A DNA stretch of 32,000 bases from Synechococcus sp. A15-28 (GTDB lineage: Bacteria; Cyanobacteriota; Cyanobacteriia; PCC-6307; Cyanobiaceae), in the NCBI RefSeq assembly GCF_014280175.1, contig NZ_CP047931.1:1530001-1562000 (forward strand), given 5' to 3'. The notes beneath the pieces were generated by a model. It made no database searches. It was not told the DNA's origin and saw only the letters and a program-made list of their open reading frames with translations. Below, in pieces: positions 28,185-32,000 of this stretch (its first letter is position 1; each line of letters opens with the position of its first letter). A program made the position numbers and the translations under genes.

Positions 28185-28851
28185 GGACACCAAAACGGTT
28201 GAAGGGCCAGAAGCGGAACACGGCCCGGCCGATGATCTCCCGCTCCGGCAGAAAGGCACCCCCTGGCCAGAAACGTCCATCCCAGCTGTTACGGCGGTTG
28301 TCACCCAACACGAGCACCGACCCCTTTGGAACGGTGACGTTCAGGGTCCGGCAAGGACTCATTCCCTGTTGATTGACCAGGCAGGCCTGACCCACATAAG
28401 GCTCATCAAGGACCTCTGCATTGAGGGTGACCGAACCACTGGGGCTGACCTCAACGCGATCACCTCCAATGGCGATCACTCGCTTGATGTAAGCGTCGCA
28501 GGCGGGGTTCCCGAGTCCAGGGATCAGCCCAAGCAACGGCAGATTGACCAGGGCACAGCGCACTGCAGAGGGGCGCACTGGCGTCTTCAATGCCGGGTCA
28601 AAGGCATAGGGGGAGTTGAAAACAACGATCTCACCGCGCTCCGGGGAGCGGGATCGGTAGGTGAGCTTCTCCACCAGCAGCCGGTCCTGGATCTGAAGAC
28701 CAGGCAGCATTGATCCGGATGGGATGTACCGGGCTTCAACGAGGTACTGACGAATGCCCAGATACAGGGCAAACATGAAGACAATTGGTCCCCAGAAATC
28801 CCAGAAGGGATGTTGATTTCCCTCTTTTCTCTTTGAACGATCGCTTGCCAA
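28174..28851 (-). CDS. lepB: signal peptidase I
   Basis: Motifs SGSMLPGL (Ser), YIKRVIAIGGD (Lys) and GDNRRNSWDGRFW. The longest ORF runs to ATG 29019, but residues 1-56 are Arg-rich and antisense to the neighbouring gene's N-terminus. An in-frame TTG at 28851 gives MASDRSKRKEGNQHPFWDFW... (225 aa). Start uncertain. Confidence 0.85.
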   Translation of the reverse strand: MASDRSKRKEGNQHPFWDFWGPIVFMFALYLGIRQYLVEARYIPSGSMLPGLQIQDRLLVEKLTYRSRSPERGEIVVFNSPYAFDPALKTPVRPSAVRCALVNLPLLGLIPGLGNPACDAYIKRVIAIGGDRVEVSPSGSVTLNAEVLDEPYVGQACLVNQQGMSPCRTLNVTVPKGSVLVLGDNRRNSWDGRFWPGGAFLPEREIIGRAVFRFWPFNRFGVLND

Positions 28852-28927
28852 CGGGCCCTTTCCGGGGAAATCTGGCTCACGATAGAGGGCATGCTGAGCC
28901 TCTTCTCCTGAGGTCCTTGATCGGTCG

Positions 28928-30433
28928 ATGATCCGTCCCCGTTGGCAAGGACTGTCCCGCTCTCCCCGTTGGAGCTCCTGGCGCCGATGGGACCAGGTCA
29001 TCGCCCTGCTGGCCGCCATGAACCTGGCCTGGGTGATCTTCGATGTCTCCTATATCCCCCTTAGGAACTTCTGGCTGCAACGAAATCTCTACCCGCTGCC
29101 CACGCTGCCGCTGGTGGTTCCACTGCCTTGGCTGCCCAACATCACCCCGGTCTATGACCGGATCAAAGGCATCGAACCGCACCGCGACACCCAGCGGTAT
29201 CTCGAACAGTTTCAACAGCTGGATCAAGCCCTCAGCAGCGACGTTCCGTCCACAGCAGACGTGCAACAGCTCCTGGAGCGTCAACGCCTGCTCACGTTGC
29301 GGATGTTGGAGACCAATCCCTTTCAGAGTTCCGGCAACACGGGCGCACTGGAGAAAATCAAGAGTCGGCTGCGAGCCCATGCAGGCTTGGAATCCGCCCG
29401 CCAATCGACGATTCTGCTGCTGAATCCAGCTCACATCAGTGGGCTCGACTGGAGCCAGGAACGACAGTTCTGGACGAGGCAGATCCTGCCGCTGGTGGAG
29501 ATCAACTACTGGCGAAGCCTTGACGACAGCGGCCAGCTCACCGATCTCAGCTGGAGGATCGACACCCCGTTTCAGCTGCTGTTCCTTCTGGACATCCTGC
29601 TGCGGGCTCTGCGGCTGAAACGTCGTTACCCCGCCATTCGCTGGCGGGATGCCTTGCTGCGTCGCTGGATTGACCTGCCTCTGCTGATTCCCTTCTGGCG
29701 ACTGCTGCGGATCGTTCCGGTAACAGAACGTTGTTCCGTGTCTGGACTGATCCAGCTGGAGCCCCTTAGAGCTGTCATCAGTCGCGGCGTTGTGGCGATC
29801 CTCGCTCTGGAGCTGTTTGAGGTGATCACCATTCGCGTGGTGGATGCCCTGCAGCAGATCATCCGATCACCCCACTTGCCGCATCGGATCCGCGGATTTT
29901 GCACCTACCAGACCACAGACCAGAACGACCAGCGAGAACTGCTGGAGCTGTTGAGACTGTGGGTGCCCTTGATGCTCACCCGCGTGGGGCCATCGCTGCG
30001 GCCTCAGCTCGTGGCCCTGCTGAGCCATGTGCTTCAACAAAGCATGAGCAGCCGGATCAGACCTGACTCACTTCAACGGCTCCCGGGTCTGGTGAAAGCG
30101 GAATCCGAGCTCAGCCGGCAGCTGGCCAGCGGAGTGGTTGATTCTTTCCTGGATCTATCCAGAACCACCGGCAGCCGGCTGGGCCAGCGTGATCAGACCC
30201 TGAATCAACTCGGCACCGACGCGCTGGACCGGTTCTGGGAAGAGCTGGCCAGGGTGTTGGATGACGGAACCGTGCTGGAGCGAAGCCAGACGCTGCTGGC
30301 ATCTTTTCTGGAGGATCTCAAGCGCTCCAGCTTCCGTCAGCTGCGTGACCAGGGGGGAGTGGATGACTTGATCAACGAACTCGACGGACTGAATTTCAGC
30401 CCTTCAACTGGTTCTGCCAGACCTCAGGCTTGA
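28928..30433 (+). CDS. conserved-looking hypothetical membrane protein with long helical C-terminal domain
   Basis: 501 aa with GC3-biased codons. TM segments at VIALLAAMNLAWVIFDVSYI, FQLLFLLDILL, LPLLIPFWRLLRIV and VVAILALELFEVITIRVV. I cannot name a family. Confidence 0.7.
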   Translation: MIRPRWQGLSRSPRWSSWRRWDQVIALLAAMNLAWVIFDVSYIPLRNFWLQRNLYPLPTLPLVVPLPWLPNITPVYDRIKGIEPHRDTQRYLEQFQQLDQALSSDVPSTADVQQLLERQRLLTLRMLETNPFQSSGNTGALEKIKSRLRAHAGLESARQSTILLLNPAHISGLDWSQERQFWTRQILPLVEINYWRSLDDSGQLTDLSWRIDTPFQLLFLLDILLRALRLKRRYPAIRWRDALLRRWIDLPLLIPFWRLLRIVPVTERCSVSGLIQLEPLRAVISRGVVAILALELFEVITIRVVDALQQIIRSPHLPHRIRGFCTYQTTDQNDQRELLELLRLWVPLMLTRVGPSLRPQLVALLSHVLQQSMSSRIRPDSLQRLPGLVKAESELSRQLASGVVDSFLDLSRTTGSRLGQRDQTLNQLGTDALDRFWEELARVLDDGTVLERSQTLLASFLEDLKRSSFRQLRDQGGVDDLINELDGLNFSPSTGSARPQA

Positions 30434-30749
30434 AGCCGACGAGCACCTGCCCCTCTGATGTCACCACAAACGGTCGCTTGATCAAACGGCCGTCTGCGGC
30501 CAAGGCATCGAGAGCTTCGTCATCGCTCATCGCCTTGACCACTGCTGCCCCGAGGGCCCGGTAACTCTGACCGCTGGTATTGAACAGGGGTCGGCGTCCT
30601 TCGAACTGTTCCATCGCTGCTGCGAGCAAAGAACGAGACGGTGGATCAGCCGTGATATCGATCACGACATGGTCGATGTCGTTCTCCTTGAGCCAGGACA
30701 GCGCTTTCCTGCAGGTGCTGCAGCGGCTGTAGCTGTAGGCCTGAAGCAT
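30396..30749 (-). CDS. ArsC/Spx/YffB family protein
   Basis: 117 aa. N-terminal YSYSRCSTCRKALSWL (CxxC), then LFNTSGQSYR and LIKRPFVV blocks typical of the ArsC/Spx family. Confidence 0.85.
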   Translation of the reverse strand: MLQAYSYSRCSTCRKALSWLKENDIDHVVIDITADPPSRSLLAAAMEQFEGRRPLFNTSGQSYRALGAAVVKAMSDDEALDALAADGRLIKRPFVVTSEGQVLVGFKPEVWQNQLKG

Positions 30750-30760
30750 TCCTGCAGGGA

Positions 30761-31120
30761 TCAGCGACCGAAGAGAGATTTGATCGCGCCGATCAGGCTG
30801 TTGGAACCTTTGCCGACACCCTCTGCAGGACGTGTGCGAACGGTTACGTCCCCGTTCACCGTGGTCCTGCAGCTGAGACGGAAACTGGCAGGACGATCAG
30901 CCAGATAAATCTCTTCCACATCGCTGCGGGGAGAGAGGTTGGACTGTCCTTCCACCACTTCCATCACGCAGGTTCCGCACTGGCCGACGCCACTGCAGTT
31001 GTTGAGGTTGTTGACACCGTTGTATGGGTTGATCCCGGCATCGAGGGCCGCCTTGCGGAGGTTCGCGCCTTCAATGCATCCAACCTGCTGGCCTTCCTGC
31101 TCGAATCGGATGGTGGGCAC
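30761..31120 (-). CDS. 2Fe-2S ferredoxin-like protein
   Basis: 119 aa. Cys pattern C-x5-C-x2-C-x32-C (CSGVGQCGTC...LSC). GTG start at 31120. Confidence 0.8.
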   Translation of the reverse strand: MPTIRFEQEGQQVGCIEGANLRKAALDAGINPYNGVNNLNNCSGVGQCGTCVMEVVEGQSNLSPRSDVEEIYLADRPASFRLSCRTTVNGDVTVRTRPAEGVGKGSNSLIGAIKSLFGR

Positions 31121-31191
31121 GGGTCGTACGGAATCTCAAGTGCGCACCAACCTACAAGCATCCGACCATGGATCTGCCGGTGGGCTGAGAA

Positions 31192-31701
31192 TCAATTGGC
31201 CGCTCGGATGCACTGGTCGAGAAGTGGAGGGACGGCATCCGCATCTCTCCAGCCGCTGACTGCAATGGAACGCCCTTCAAAACTTCGGTAAGTCCGGAAA
31301 AACTCAGCAACCTCCTCCAGTTGAGAAGGCGCAATTTGACGAATGCTGTGGATGTCCCGCTGACCAGGGTCTGCCTCAGGAACGCAGAGCAGCTTCGCGT
31401 CGTCGACGTTGTCTTCTCTGAGGTCGAGCAGACCAATGGGACGTGCACGAAGCAAACAGCCGGCGAACGTGGGCTCGGCCATGATCACCATCGCGTCCAA
31501 GGGAGCTCCGTCAGGAGCCAGGGTGTTGGGAACGATCCCGTAGTCGAAGGGGTAACGGATCGAGGAATGGAGAACCCGATCCAGACGCATGACTCCAGAG
31601 GAGTGGGAATAGCTGTATTTATTGCGGCTTCCAGCGGGAATCTCCACCAGAAGGTTGATCAGGCCTGAAGACGGTGAGGGGGACAGGCGGCTGAGATCCA
31701 T
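31192..31701 (-). CDS. ppa: family I inorganic pyrophosphatase homologue (cyanobacterial type) with substituted catalytic residues
   Basis: 169 aa. MDLSRLSPSPSSGLINLLVEIPAGSRNKY...LDRVL...YPFDYGIVPNTLAPDGAPLDAMV...DDAKLLCVP...FFRTYRSFEG is collinear with family I PPases. Confidence 0.9.
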   Translation of the reverse strand: MDLSRLSPSPSSGLINLLVEIPAGSRNKYSYSHSSGVMRLDRVLHSSIRYPFDYGIVPNTLAPDGAPLDAMVIMAEPTFAGCLLRARPIGLLDLREDNVDDAKLLCVPEADPGQRDIHSIRQIAPSQLEEVAEFFRTYRSFEGRSIAVSGWRDADAVPPLLDQCIRAAN

Positions 31702-31903
31702 TGCGATCGAGGGCAGTTGGTATCAGCCGCGAGGGCAGCGGTCCACGGTCTGAGATCACAGCAAGCATCGGAGCTGTGACGCTGAGAAGAGCGATCGTCA
31801 GGCCGGCAAGAGCGAGGGACGGTGAACCCGGACTGAATGGTTCTTCTTGCTCGTCGTGGGACGACGCTTCGTTTTGAGACGACTGGGCTGGGTCTGAAGC
31901 CAT
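31619..31903 (-). CDS. hypothetical small membrane protein (doubtful)
   Basis: ORF 31619-31915 (GTG), or from ATG 31903. Acidic N-terminus plus one hydrophobic helix (LALAGLTIALLSVTAPMLAVI). Its last 83 nt overlap the ppa start in another frame. No family recognised. Confidence 0.25.
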   Translation of the reverse strand: MASDPAQSSQNEASSHDEQEEPFSPGSPSLALAGLTIALLSVTAPMLAVISDRGPLPSRLIPTALDRNGSQPPVPLTVFRPDQPSGGDSRWKPQ

Positions 31904-32000
31904 GGCCTGGAACACGCTCGGGCGCGCTCGCTTCCATTCACAAACAACAGATCGATTCTGTCACTGATCCTGGCCTCACGCAGCGGGCCTGTCCTGCCGG

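Noticed and set aside
1-32000. Search for rRNA, tRNA, CRISPR arrays, IS elements and HIP1 (GCGATCGC) enrichment
   Set aside because: Nothing with cloverleaf potential was seen in the few spacers, and there are no regularly spaced repeats or transposase-like ORFs. I saw only partial HIP1-like matches. A covariance-model scan would be needed to exclude small ncRNAs.

Overview
GC-rich, very gene-dense chromosomal segment: about 35 CDS, most spacers under 100 nt, many 1-4 nt stop/start overlaps. It reads as core genome of a picocyanobacterium, probably marine Synechococcus/Cyanobium-like. That assignment is an inference from ado-aar alkane genes, a ferrochelatase with a CAB tail, a Tab2-family gene, strong GC3 bias and many long antisense shadow ORFs. 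Left to right: accA (partial), aar, ado, creatininase-family, S1-like protein, Tab2-family protein, pgeF, an FAD protein, a lipoprotein / small membrane protein / SNase-like trio, ilvB, M23 peptidase, hemH, a lone tyrosine recombinase fused into an operon with a methyltransferase and cobO, pyrH, frr, a geranylgeranyl-reductase-family flavoprotein, a cryptochrome/photolyase-family gene preceded by an orphan cNMP-binding-domain gene, transaldolase with an EF-hand tail, a CPBP protease / FtsL-like / ftsI operon, a tandem histidine phosphatase, a dihydroorotase-like protein, lepB, a large membrane protein, an ArsC/Spx-like protein, a 2Fe-2S ferredoxin and ppa. I found no rRNA, tRNA, CRISPR array, IS element, prophage or obvious low-GC island, and I cannot point to a clear novel multi-gene system such as a defence island. 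The best second-look candidates are: (i) the recombinase embedded in a housekeeping operon; (ii) the orphan cNMP-domain gene plus photolyase-family gene, separated by a C10/G10 homopolymer; (iii) a CxxC...CxxC zinc-ribbon tail on IlvB; (iv) three apparent pseudo-enzymes (DHOase-like, Ppa, SNase-like) whose catalytic residues are substituted; (v) an uncharacterised envelope gene trio downstream of ilvB. Everything rests on my own translation and motif recognition. No database search was possible, and several start codons (GTG/TTG options) are uncertain.
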